This document shows positions 26,518-38,684 of a stretch of 64,000 nt of DNA, one piece after another. Origin of the DNA: Podarcis gaigeae (Eukaryota); the NCBI GenBank assembly GCA_964106915.2, contig OZ066915.1; one strand, written 5' to 3'. Below the pieces are notes generated by a model. That model did no database searches. It was not told the DNA's origin and saw only the letters and a list, made by a program, of their open reading frames with translations. Position 1 is the stretch's first letter; every line of letters starts with the position of its first letter. The position numbers were made by a program, and so were the translations under genes.

Positions 26518-27179
26518 GTGAGTAGAGATGCCTTTTTATGGTTTAATACAGTAACCTGCTTAATCCCCTCTGGAAATCCTCTTGATCAAATTGTTTCCAC
26601 TGAGTACTTCACCTGAAAATGGGTAGTCTGTGTGTTTATTTAGAAGAGAGAATTGGGTCAACTCAGGCTGGATGCTTAGGTTGAGCACATTCTTTGCCCC
26701 AACGTTTCTTGGGGGGATTTCTGACTGCTGAGCTGGTTCTAAAAGATATGAGGAGAATGAGTCAAGCCACTAGAAGAGAGAGGCACTATATAAATATAAT
26801 GAGCAATAATTTTCACTTTCACCTATTCTTCCATATGGTACATACAAATTCATATGGGAATCTGCACCCATGACTATTCCAGCCACATAAAACTACTCTG
26901 AGATGTAATGAACTCTCATGAGGAATTTAGCTTTTTTTAAACACACACACACACACACACTTTCCACCTAAGAGTTACATATGGATAGGAGTTACATGCA
27001 CATAATATGGAACTCTGCAAAACAATGAGTATAACCTTTAATCTAGGTCATAGATAGAGCACATCTGGGACATTTTCCAAAATGATTCACAGAATATAAG
27101 TGTGGAATGTGGGATGTAATCCACTGGGAGCAGTCAAATATAACATTCCTTGTTTTCCTAGAGTGGACATGCAAGGGGA

Positions 27180-27678
27180 TGTTGGTCCAGCCAGTTGAAC
27201 TTCCTGTTACACCTGGCTGGAGCATCCTTCCTTGCATGTGACTAGTGGGTGGGCTTGACCTTTCCAGAACTGGAAAAAGGCCAAGGCATGCTGCCACCCT
27301 CCCTCTTTTCCATCTTCCTTTCATCCTGCGAACCTCCTGGACTGAACTGCTGGCTGCCAGCCAAGCAGTCCTCCAGATCATCTCCCTTATGGGGTAAACC
27401 TGTTTGCATATGTTTGTAACTTTAAGTCTAAAGCCTGGCTTCAGGGATCACACGGATGGTAAGTAAAACTACTTTTTGTTACTTATGAATAAGATTGTGG
27501 TGTCTTTATTCTTTTAGGAGGGATTTAAAAGGGGATCTTACCAGGAACCTACAATTCAATCTGAGGCAGACTGAATTGCATAATAGTAAGAGGTTCTAAT
27601 GAGCCTGCAACCAGCTTTCTGCTGTGAGTAAGAAGGGGAATATAAACTCTGCTAAGTAAAGAAGGATATTAATAAACA
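27180..27678. mobile_element. Possible solo LTR in GLP2R intron 4
   Basis: Begins TGTT and ends AACA, ~500 bp, composition distinct from the flanks; no clean TSD found. Confidence 0.3.
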
Positions 27679-28592
27679 ATATATCCTCTCCTGCCACCCT
27701 CAATGGAAGTCCCACATGGAAGTCCATTCAGGAAGAGGGAAAACAAAATGGGCAGATCATCTCTCTCTCTCTGTCTTTCCTGGCTGTACAAGCAGAATGC
27801 ACTTCCATATGTACAAGAGAAGGGGGATTTCCTTTCACTGGCAGCACCTTAAGGTGTGGTGCTCTGGATGGCCTCTCTGGTCCTGGGAATTTTGAGGGAA
27901 TGGGGACTACCACTGGAGAGGAGACTATCATACCTAGGTACCTTTCTAAGCTTACAAAGACAGCATAAAGGAGATCATAATTTTGCCATATTGATTGCCC
28001 TCAGCATCAGGTAACCAGAGGTTCCATTTAAGTAATGACTAATAATAGGTCATCACAAATGTCTGATAAACACATCTGGTTTCCAAAACAGTGAGGGCTT
28101 GTAGGAATGTTTAGAAAGATAGGAGAGGAGATGTTAATTAGGTATGAATCAAGACAAACAGCAATCCATGGAAAGCCCAATTGCCGATTGGCTCTAATTC
28201 AGCAGTAAAATGCAGGTTTTCCTGGGGAAAGCACCAAGACAAACAAAAAACAAAAACACACACACACCATGCTTAGACACAGAGCTTTAAAACCTGGACC
28301 TGTGCCTAAAAACATGGCACAAAATGAAGTCTGAATGAGCCCTGAGTTATGTGCTAGAGTTATCTTCTACAGATGAGATGAGAAACCTGTAGTCCTCCAG
28401 ATGTTTTTCAATTACAACACCCATCATCCCTGGCCACTGAACATATGACTGGGGCTGTTGGAAGTTGATGTTCAACAAAATTTGGAGGACCACAAATTTC
28501 TAATTGCTGTTCTACAGAATTTTCTCTCCTGGCATGATCTCTTTCCCAGACTTTACATCAATTTAACTCCTTTGCGTCTCTGTTGTTTTTAG

Positions 28593-28699
28593 GATGAAGA
28601 ACAAACATTGTGGATCTCCACCCTGTACATTTATACTGTGGGATATACTTTTTCTCTTGTTTCCCTTGTCTTAGCACTTTTCGTACTGATGCTGCTCAG
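28593..28699 (+). CDS. GLP2R: GLP2R exon 5 (TM1: DEEQTLWISTLYIYTVGYTFSLVSLVLALFVLMLLR)
   Basis: YTVGY.xSL TM1 motif; tttag acceptor, gtcagt donor, phase 2. Confidence 0.95.
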
Positions 28700-29939
28700 G
28701 TCAGTATAATCTATCTTTCAGTAAAACATGGTGTTCTGGAGTTACCCAGTGGTACATTTTCCAGTTGCCAGGAGCTGGGATTTGGGCCTGGGTTTGCATT
28801 ATAATCTAACATTAAATGATGGCTGGTGTCATCCTGGACAAAATGAGAGAAACTTCCCTCTTCCCAGATCAATCAAAGGATCCGCTCACCTAATAATAAT
28901 GCCGAAGTTGCCCTGGTCATACCACACCTATGAGACCATGAAATCTGTACAGTTTTAATTGCATTGTGTATCATGGCAGCTGAGAGGGATAGAGTGGTGA
29001 TCAGATGTTATCAGTGGGTCACCTGTTACCTGAGCATTATAAAAGAAGGCAAAAGATTGCATAATGTAAGTAGGCCCTTGTGCAAGAAATAAACTAGATA
29101 TTGACTAACAAGCTTCCAAATCTAATGTTTCCTTCACAAAAGTATTGCAACAAATGAGCAACGCCCACAGGAGAGAATAAATTAATTGGACATTATTCCT
29201 ATTAATGCTTGCCTGCCTACTGATTCTCCCCTGAAAATGTTCACACAAGCAGTTTCTAACCCTCCCCAGAGAAGCAGTTGTGCTCCAAAACTGGAGATGA
29301 ACCCAGCTAGTGTGGAGATGGCAGATGTGGGTGGGAATCTTTGTAGCCAGCATGAGTTAAGCATCCACCTTCTGCTGATCTTCTCCTGTAAGTGTTCCAC
29401 TAGTCTCAGCACTCCCATTCTTAGCAAATTATTGGCTGGGATGAGAGATGTCGTTCCACCCTAAGCAGTGTTTGTCTTTTTCTGCTGCAACATGAGGCCA
29501 TCTAATAGCAATGGCAGCAGTGAGGTCCTCTTGCTCATCAGCCCTATAGGAGGGACACACACACACATTTTTATTTAGGAGCAGGCATCCCCAGCTCTGC
29601 AGTTCTCTGCAGAGAGTATATGTTGTAAACCACACATACCACACCAACTTTCCCACTGCCTCTTTTCCTTTCTTGCTTCACAGAAAATGAGCAACAGAGA
29701 TGGGAACTCCTATACTCTTGGTTGTCAGGTGTGCTCAGCCCAGTGTGGGATAAGACAGAAATTATGCTACTGGCACAATCTGCAGGCCTAGCTGACCCAA
29801 GTGTCCTTAGCACCCATAGCCACTAAGCCCCCACCAGTAAGGAAGAACATTTACAGCAGGGCAAGAACATGCTGTTATTCACATCAGAATAAAACCAGCT
29901 TCAGTGGATTCTTAAGAGGATGCTTCTCTTCTTCCACAG

Positions 29940-30114
29940 GAAACTGCACTGCACAAGGAACTACATCCATATGAATCTGTTCATTGCGTTCATCTTGCGA
30001 GCCGCAGGAGTTCTCATCAAAGACAGAACAACCCACAGCACTTATGTATTTCTTTATGTGGACTCTGAAAAGCCAAGTGATCTAAATGGATGGATATCAT
30101 TCTCAAGTCCAGAG
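29940..30114 (+). CDS. GLP2R: GLP2R exon 6 (ICL1/TM2/ECL1)
   Basis: [28 protein letters not shown]...[10 protein letters not shown]; cacag acceptor, gtacgg donor. Confidence 0.95.
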
Positions 30115-31116
30115 GTACGGCATTGTTAAAAGCAAGTGGGTGGAAGAAAGAGCATCTAATGATACCTGGAGTTTCTATGTGTTCATGGCTGAATTCTGTA
30201 GCTGCAAAGCTTGCTAGAAAAATGTTGTTGATTGAACTCATTCAAAGCGTTGCATTTCATGCTGAACATCCTTTGCTAGCAAGTTTCAAGCTCTGCATAC
30301 TTTCCTTTGTACGACGGTAACTGGCACACAAGTATGAAAATAGCTAGAAAATTCATTCGTTTATTTATTTATTCATAAAGCTTATAGACTGATTATTATT
30401 TTTACAAAAAAAGCTAAAGTGGTATGCCAGTTAAAAAGCAGATAAAACAAGATATCTTAAAACAAGGTAAATGGCAAATTAAAACAACTGGAGGAACAAA
30501 AGATGGATATGTCCGGAAGATTTACACAGGTGTACGCTGTCTTCCTCAGATGGCCTGCAGCCAGCACATACCACTCGCAATAGAGATGCATTTAAGGCAC
30601 AATTATACCACTTTGACAGCCATGGATTGCAGGTAGTTTTTAGGAGAGCCCTTTATGCTCCTCGCAGAGCTACAATTGCTAGAGTAGTTTAACAATCAAG
30701 CCTTCTTCCCATAGACTTCTGAGAACTTTGAGATTGTACTTTGGCTAATTTGACCCTGTTGGACTCTTGGGCCTTTGCATTGCTCATGCAGCAGAGACCA
30801 AGTTAGCAGCTTGTTTCGTTTGAAGGCTAGCTTGGCAGTGCAGAAGGAAGGTATCTGGGCCCTGCTGCTAGTGTCCTCCATTTGAGAACCACCCAGCAAC
30901 AGAGCTTTGTAGTCATTAACATTTAACAAAACTGCTTTAGAAGAATAGAGCTTTTCAAATATTCATTTTGACTGACAAGTATCTGACTTGCTTAACAAAA
31001 ATTCCACATATCTGTATGTACCAAGCTGTATTTTGATAATTGGTAGTACCAAGTTTTACTTTGCTGTTGACGGTTGTTCAATATTAACTTTTCTTCTCAC
31101 TATCTCATTTCCACAG

Positions 31117-31276
31117 AAGTTGTTCCTGTGCAGGATGGCTCAGCTTTTGATGCATTATGTTGTTGGGGCAAATTTCTTCTGGATTTTAGTGGAAGGGATT
31201 TACCTCCATAGATTATTGGTAGCCACTGTGCTCTCTGAGAAACATCTGCTGTTGAGATACATCTTCATTGGATGGG
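31117..31276 (+). CDS. GLP2R: GLP2R exon 7 (TM3/ICL2/start of TM4)
   Basis: KLFLCRMAQLLMHYVVGANFFWILVEGIYLH...YIFIGW; AG/GT boundaries. Confidence 0.95.
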
Positions 31277-31820
31277 GTAAATATGCAGATGTTTTTTTCC
31301 AGCAGCGCTTATAGTCCACTGTTTCAGGATTGGTTAGCATCAATCTAAAACCCATGTCATCAAGGCAGCTGCAGCCACGAAGGCCATGTCTATATTGAAG
31401 ATAAGCCACCCCTCTCTACTGCCCTGCAGTCACAACTGCCCTGGGCCACCTTGGGAGGAAAGGCAATATATAAAAGTACAATAAACTGAATAAATAATAA
31501 TCGCCATCTGAGAAATGATCCAAACCCTGCCCTGCATTTTGACATCAGATTATTATAAGCATACTCTTCTTTTAACTTTGTTCTTGCTTTTAGCTGCTCA
31601 GAGACTGTCCTTGGATAAAGAGGGTTACAAAAATGTATGACTGAATCAACAAGAGAAAAAAGTTGATGTGATCATACCTTTGCCTTGTACACAAATTAGT
31701 AATATTCCCTCCCATCCCTATATTCTAGCTACTCCATTGTCATTTAGTTCACATGCACAACAACTGTTACATATTGCCCATTGTAAAGTCACATTGTCCC
31801 TGCATCTCAATTTTCCCTAG

Positions 31821-31881
31821 GTTTTCCAGTCCTGTTTGTGGCTTCCTGGGGAGTAACAAAATACCAACTGGAGTATGAGGG
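31821..31881 (+). CDS. GLP2R: GLP2R exon 8 (GFPVLFVASWGVTKYQLEYEG)
   Basis: 61-nt exon, ccctag acceptor, gtaagt donor, TM4 P.LFV..W motif. Confidence 0.93.
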
Positions 31882-32740
31882 GTAAGTGTCTGTTTCCAAA
31901 TGTTCCTCTGGCTTGGTTTGTTGCTTCAGTTTCTGCCAAGACAATAGAAGGCATGGCCTGCTGGTTTAAATAAAGGACTTCGGATGGATACAGACAAACA
32001 TTTTGATCTGTGGTGGTCATTTGTAAACAGGCTGTGGAGATGGTGATCTATAGTATATAGCCAGATAGTGATGGTGACTTTGCTAAAACACATACACACA
32101 CCAAAGCACCACCAGTTTCTGATTTTCTAATCCCCCTATTATTGATGTTTATAAGGACATAGTAAGATCAGTATTGTGAATGGTATAGGAAAGCTTAGCT
32201 GATGTGAGCCTGATCAGAGCTTGAACAAGAGGCCACTGAGAACTTGATACAAGCTGCTCTGAGCTTTTGAAAGAAAGAGTGGGATGTAAGTATAATTAAT
32301 AAATAGACCTCATGCCACACCCTGTTGGTCCCTAATGCTAAACCAAAGGAATTAAGTGAAGTTAACCTGGCGTTTAGATGCACCTAGTGGAACACAAATG
32401 AGTCATCATCATTTGCTTCCATAGGTATCAGTTGCTTAAGCTTCCATTAGCAAGCTCATTATAAAAATAAGAAATTGCATTACAACCCACTACGGCCACG
32501 ACCATTAGAATAATGGTCTTGTGTTATGGGAAAATGCATGCCTTGGGATTACTTGCTTAGGAATGGATTATTGTTGACAATTGATTTTGAAAAATGTAAT
32601 CTTGATGAGTAATCTGATTAGTCCTCTTGGCAAAAAAAAGCAACCAGGTTCACAGGTCCTATCCAAATCTATTTAAAAATAATGTGGCTTGCCATTTGTG
32701 CTTATGTGAGCTGACAGAATAATTTTGACTTACTTCCTAG

Positions 32741-32810
32741 ATGCTGGGCAACACATCACAACATGGCATTCTGGTGGATCATTCGAGGGCCCATTTTATT
32801 TTCCATTGTT
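32741..32810 (+). CDS. GLP2R: GLP2R exon 9 (CWATHHNMAFWWIIRGPILFSIV)
   Basis: CW...WWIIRGP ECL2/TM5 motif; cctag acceptor, gtaagc donor. Confidence 0.95.
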
Positions 32811-33743
32811 GTAAGCATCATGGCATAAATTTGATTAATACTTTATACAGTTGTGGTGGTATGTTTCTGTTACATTATTTACAAGGGGAGACATCTCCTG
32901 GTGCACAGCAGGGAGAGACTGACTTGGGCCCTTTCCATGATTTGTGTCTCTCTGTATTTTACAAAATAAAGACACGGGACTAACCCTAAATAATTTAAAG
33001 CTAGGATTGATTGAACAAAAATGGCTGTGGAAGGCACAAGGCAGGACAGGGATTAAAGGTGGGGGAGAAGTTTGCATTAAACTGTGAACTGACTTAATCT
33101 GCACTTTCTGAAGCAATATATGGACTGAAATCAGCTTCAAAATTCAGAAGATCAGAAAAATGAGAACCAGAGAGTGTCCCAGAGAAGGATATGAGCAAGA
33201 TAGTCTTGGGAACATGAACAGACAAATGCTTTTGCATTTATATTTTAAAAAGAGAGATTACATGCTATGATACCCATTCAAATACATGAGAGCATGTAAA
33301 CATGTCTGCAGGTATTATGTGTGTGTGATACGTAAGATATTGGCAAGGGTACTTGTCCTTGGTGTTCTTTTCCATCCACTACTGATGCTCCCTGTTCCAG
33401 CAACCATTAATAAAGATCAAAGGTATCTGGGATCAAAAGCCTGACCTAAAGAAAGGGGTGGGGACAGAATGAGCTAAGAGAAATGGCAGGAAAAATTGTC
33501 TAAATGTGATGGGTAGAAAATCTCTAGAAACAATGTCTTTACACATTAAGAGGCTGCAATACTAAATATATTTACCTCAGAGTAAGCTCAACTGAATTCA
33601 ATAGGACTTACTTCTGAGTAAACACGGTTAAGATTGTGCTGTGAATTGTTGCTTGTGGTTAATTTCTTGTGATTGCCCCATTGCTAGCCAAATAATGTTC
33701 ATTGCATTTACTGAAACTAACCAAGAGGTGTGTTTCTTTGAAG

Positions 33744-33832
33744 GTTAACTTCTGCATCTTTCTAAAAATTGTGAAGCTGCTACTTTCCAAACTTAAAGCC
33801 CAGCAAATGAGCTTTCGTGATTATAAATTCAG
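33744..33832 (+). CDS. GLP2R: GLP2R exon 10 (VNFCIFLKIVKLLLSKLKAQQMSFRDYKFR)
   Basis: NF.IF..I..LL.SKLKA motif; AG/GT boundaries, phase 2. Confidence 0.95.
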
Positions 33833-34693
33833 GTAAATATTACATTCTCAGATTTGTACTTATCTACTTAGCCTTCTACAGTACCTTTTAAACTGGAAGA
33901 AGAATCCACTGATTATGTTCCAGTTCATTCTAAACAAGAATTTCCTGCATATCTATTTTTCTTTGTTACATGTGCTGGAGAGAGAGGTTTGGACAAGATT
34001 CTAACTATCTTGGCAGAGTTGCACAATGGCTGATTGCACCAGGCACTTTTATGCTTGGTTACGGTACATCTTACCATGGAGAGCCTCATACTTAGGCTAG
34101 AATATATCACAGTCATGTTGTTTTGCACATTGGTGAATATTTTACTTACAAAGTTTCAATAGTAGTCAGAGAACATGTCTTTATTGTTATGAGTTGAGAG
34201 GCAGACCCTTCATAATCTCTACAATCAGTGAAGGGTTAGAATTTGAGCAAACTCATAAATTCATTACTTTAGCAAGGGCTGGAAACAATACCAGCTAGCT
34301 TTCTTATGAGCCCAGCCTGGCAGTGGCTTGCTGGGGTTGGTCACTGAAGGAACAAATGGCTGATAAGTGCCTAGTTTGTTTAATAATGGTAAATTCACTA
34401 AGACAATAAATCTGTGTCTGGGCTGTAACACTTCAGGTGAATTGTCATCTCAAAACAACCGCAACATACTTATGCCCATAAGGTGAAAAGGTTAAGGCTA
34501 ATGACACTTTAAAGACTAGCAAGTTAGTTTACTATGACATAAGATTTTATGGATAACAATCTGCTTCTTCAGAAGAATGAAGTGTTATCCTGAGTTACAG
34601 GTACTTACCTACATGTCTGGAGGGCAGGGACTGTAAGCAGTGAAGTCAGAAGGAAATTAAATTCAGCAAAGTACAGTCTATGATAATTACCAC

Positions 34694-35020
34694 TAAGGTA
34701 AACGTAAAGGGACCCCTGACCATTAGGTCCAGTCATGTCCGACTCTGGGGCTGCGGCGCTCATCTCGCTTTACTGGCTGAGGGAGCCGGTGTACAGCTTC
34801 CGGGTCATGTGGCCAGCATGACTAAGCTGCTTCTGGCGAACCAGAGCAGTGCACGGAAATGCCGTTTACCTTCCCGCTGGATGTGCTTTCGAACTGCTAG
34901 GTTGGCAGGAGGAGGGACCGAGCAACGGGAGCTCACCCCATCGCGGGGATTTGAACCGCCGACCTTCTGATCGGCAAGTCCTAGGCTCTGTGGTTTAACC
35001 CACAGAGCCACCTGTGTCCC
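34694..35020 (-). mobile_element. Sauria SINE
   Basis: Reverse complement of a gggacacaggtggctctgtgggttaaa...ggttcaaatcccc head (tRNA-like B box) with a ttacctta tail; homologous to 37960-38322. Confidence 0.88.
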
Positions 35021-35464
35021 GGTAATTTACCGGTAGTTAGCAGTAATGCAGATACATAATACAGTTAAAAAGCCTTTGTTCCAATTCAGTCCACAAGTGA
35101 CAACATTTAACTTCTTGATAAAATTGTAATTCAACAATGTCATGTTGCTGGAGGTTTGACGAAAATCCTTAAATATATCCTTAATTACAGGAGTGGGGAA
35201 ACTGGCCTTCCACATGTCGTTTTTCCATAATCCCTGACAATTGGCCATACTGGCTGGGATTGATGGGAGACAAACAACACTGTTAGGACCACAGATTCAC
35301 CACCCCTGTGTTAAAATATCAATATCTATGTATGAGGTTTGATCATTCTAATGCTAGCACCAAACAAACAGAAGTGAGTGGATAATATCATGATTCCATT
35401 GCGATTTCTTGATGCAGTTTATCTCTAGGATTGAATTCATTCTTATGGTTATTTTTATTTTTAG

Positions 35465-35603
35465 ACTGGCAAGATCAACCCTTGTGTTAATACCATTGCT
35501 TGGGATTCACGAGATTGTCTTTAACTTCATTGTGGATGAAAGAATTGATGGTCTTTCCAGGCACATAAAAGTCTTCATTCAGCTGACCCTGGGCTCCTTT
35601 CAA
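35465..35603 (+). CDS. GLP2R: GLP2R exon 11 (TM6/ECL3/TM7)
   Basis: [19 protein letters not shown]...QLTLGSFQ; tttag acceptor, gtaagt donor. Confidence 0.96.
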
Positions 35604-36948
35604 GTAAGTTCTTGTGCTGGAAGGGGCATTATTGATTACCACTAATTAATAAAAAAGGGCATTAATTGATATATATGATGAAAAGAAAAGAAATAATAAT
35701 CTTCATACTAAAACCATAGATAGAGCAGAGAGCAAAAAATCTTCAAACAAAAAGACAACATAGGGTTGAATATTACAACTATTGTAATATAATGCTTATT
35801 TGCCCAAGAAAGCTCCAAATTGCTTGTGTATCACTTTTAGACATTTAGAGTCACATCAGTAAACCATGGTTGCTGGAAATATTAGCGAATGAGGGAGGGA
35901 GAGAGCACTTTTTGATATATGGTTCTCAAGAAGAACTCTGTGGGAAATGTTCTTGAATATAAATAGCTGGTAAGGGTTTGCAAACGAATGCTGGAAAATT
36001 TGGGGAACAGACTATGTAATTCAATGAGTTAGCTGAGGAAATAGCAATTCAGGAAACAACTTTCAGAATAGCAAGCATTAGAAGTTAAATATGGTCATCA
36101 CTCTTAAGACATGTGGTATACCATATTCTGTACTAGTCTACAAATGCAATAAAGAACTTTGCAGCTAGTTCATTAACTATTAAATACAAATTCAGATTTG
36201 CTTGGGGATTTGTTGGTCCCAAAGAATGAGACATTTGGACTAAGTAAAGAGTTGTCATTAGTTCCATTTTTTAATGGGGAATTATGCAGTGTCTTTCAAT
36301 CTTCATATATAAATCTGCCTGAGGAGAAATGCTTAGAGTCTTAGATGTCCTTAAATTCTTGCCAGCAGGAACCAGGTCAAGAAGTCAGATGTATATCAGT
36401 CCAATATGCATGTTTCTTGCACTACCACCTTTTTAGCATGTCAATACTAAGTGGGGTTGGGGGGTCAGCTACTGAGCTTTTGGAAAACTGGCTAAATTTG
36501 ATACTGCTCGTACAAGGTCTCAAAAACACATCCTTGGGAGGGTTAAGTTCACAAGCTATACATGTAATTTTGCCCTAAACTTCAGTTGCAATATTTCCTG
36601 CACAACCTAATGCGAAATGCACAGATTAGGTCAAAGTGATATATTTCGTGGGACCAACCTTAGTGGTTTAAAATTGCAAGCCTGACATTTCCTTGAGCAA
36701 AATTGTTCTAAGAAAAATAGAACAGAGTTTTGGGTACTGGTGCCTCATCACATGATACCTGAGAGATAAAGGTGATTTTTGAGCAAGGGGAAGTTAGTTG
36801 TGTTAATGTTCAATTTAGCAGCATGATGACTCAGGTTTCAGGTGTTTTCTAGGAACAATATTCTGTGATTGCATAAGCTTGTAGTTGAATTGTACCTTGG
36901 CAAATTTCATCCAGATCTAATTTACCTCCTCTCTCTTTTCCCTTCCAG

Positions 36949-36990
36949 GGTTTCTTTGTAGCACTTTTATACTGTTTTTCTAATGGAGAG
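36949..36990 (+). CDS. GLP2R: GLP2R exon 12 (GFFVALLYCFSNGE)
   Basis: Canonical 42-nt class B GPCR TM7 exon; polypyrimidine tract plus cag acceptor, gtaaaa donor. Confidence 0.95.
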
Positions 36991-37614
36991 GTAAAATATC
37001 CTTCTTGACCTTCATTTCTAACCACTTGTTTCTCTTGGAAGATGTTGCAGAACAGACTGACTTTGTCCTGTATGACGTTCTTGGTGGTCACCTGGCATTT
37101 TATATCAGTTAGTATATATTGAAGAGTTATTCAGTTTTCCATTGTGTTCCTTGCAGTAGTTGGAGATATCATGCAAGGAACACAACCCCTTTCAGGCTGC
37201 TCCTTGAAACAGCAATATAGGGTACCTACATGTAAACAGATCAACTTGCAATAAGCTGCCCATGCATGCCAAGCAAATGGCCAGGATGCTACCCTTGCGC
37301 CTCTAATTATGAGGAGGGGCACCAACCTGTCCTGATGTGCAACAGATTGGAGTAGAGCTGAGCCCAAATGGAAGGGGGAACATTCCATTACATGAAGGTT
37401 TTCATTCTCCAGGAAGTGTTCTCCTCCCCTTTTCACTGAGGGCAGGGAGCAGAAACTGGTAGGAAGGAAGGATGGCAGAAAGATATGTGGAGAATGGGAG
37501 GCAGCAGCATAAACAGAGTGATATTCGCAATATTCAGCTGCTGCACTGTAGAAAACATGCTGAAGTCATTTAAATAGGAACTATTCGTAAGTGTCTGTGT
37601 ATGCTGTCCAAGTA

Positions 37615-37813
37615 CAGTGGTACCTCTGGTTACGTACTTAATTCGTTCTGGAGGTCCGTTCTTAACTGAAACTGTTCTTAAGCACCACTTTAGCTAAAGG
37701 GGCCTGCCACACGATTTCTGTTTTCATCCTGAAGCAAAGTTCTTAACCCGAGGTACTATTTCTGGGTTAGCGGAGTCTGTAACCTGAAGCATATGTAACC
37801 CGAGGTACCACTG
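37615..37813. mobile_element. Tc1/mariner(pogo)-type MITE, same family as 20392-20576
   Basis: TA-CAGTGGTACCTC...GAGGTACCACTG-TA; internal sequence shared with the other copy. Confidence 0.87.
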
Positions 37814-37959
37814 TATTGTGATAACATCAATGAGAAACCTGCTCTCTGTATAAAATGCACACAGAGTTCTGTGGGAACACATCAGGACAGTAAGGGGAAA
37901 GCTGTAAAGTAGATCGGGACCTCTTGAAAGGGGCATTAGGAGCAGGTATACTGTGCTAA

Positions 37960-38322
37960 GGGACGCGGGTGGCGCTGTGGGTTAAAGCCTCAGCGCCTAG
38001 GGCTTGCCGATCGAAAGGTCAGTGGTTCGAATCCCCGCTGCGGGGTGCGCTCCCGTTGCTCGGTCCCAGCGCCTGCCAACCTAGCAGTTCGAAAGCACCC
38101 CCGGGTGCAAGTAGATAAATAGGGACCGCTTACTGGCGGGAAGGTAAACGGCGTTTCCGTGTGCAGCTCTGGCTCGCCAGAGCAGCTTCGTCACGCTGGC
38201 CACGTGACCCGGAAGTGTCTTCGGACAGCGCTGGCCCCTGGCCTCTTGAGTGAGATGGGCGCACAACCCCAGAGTCTGTCAAGACTGGCCCGTACGGGCA
38301 GGGGTACCTTTACCTTTACCTT
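37960..38322 (+). mobile_element. Sauria SINE, full length and young
   Basis: GGGACGCGGGTGGCGCTGTGGGTTAAA head, GGTTCGAATCC B box, (ACCTTT)n tail, perfect 13-bp TSD TATACTGTGCTAA (37947-37959 and 38323-38335), CpGs retained. Confidence 0.93.
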
Positions 38323-38684
38323 TATACTGTGCTAAACACTGCAGAGAGGCCTAAGATTGTACTTTGTGCTGCAGGTCTCAGAGTAATTACTTGAGCAGTC
38401 AGGACTTCTGCCTGTTGGGTAGGTGTGGGGAATGAACTCTAACTTCCACCATCCCTGGCCATTGGCCATGCTTGCTTGGGCTGATGGGAGTTGGAGTTCT
38501 GCAATACCTGAAGACCCAAAGATTCCCTACTCTTGCTGCAGGGTAACCTAGCCACAGCATACCTGAACTAAGAAATTTCAGGCTTATCTGAAAGGACAGA
38601 AGCCCTAGGACGGGTCAAGGAAGCATTTATACTATATGCTGCAATCCATCTCAACTGTTCTGTTTGCTTTCCTTCCTTTTCCAG

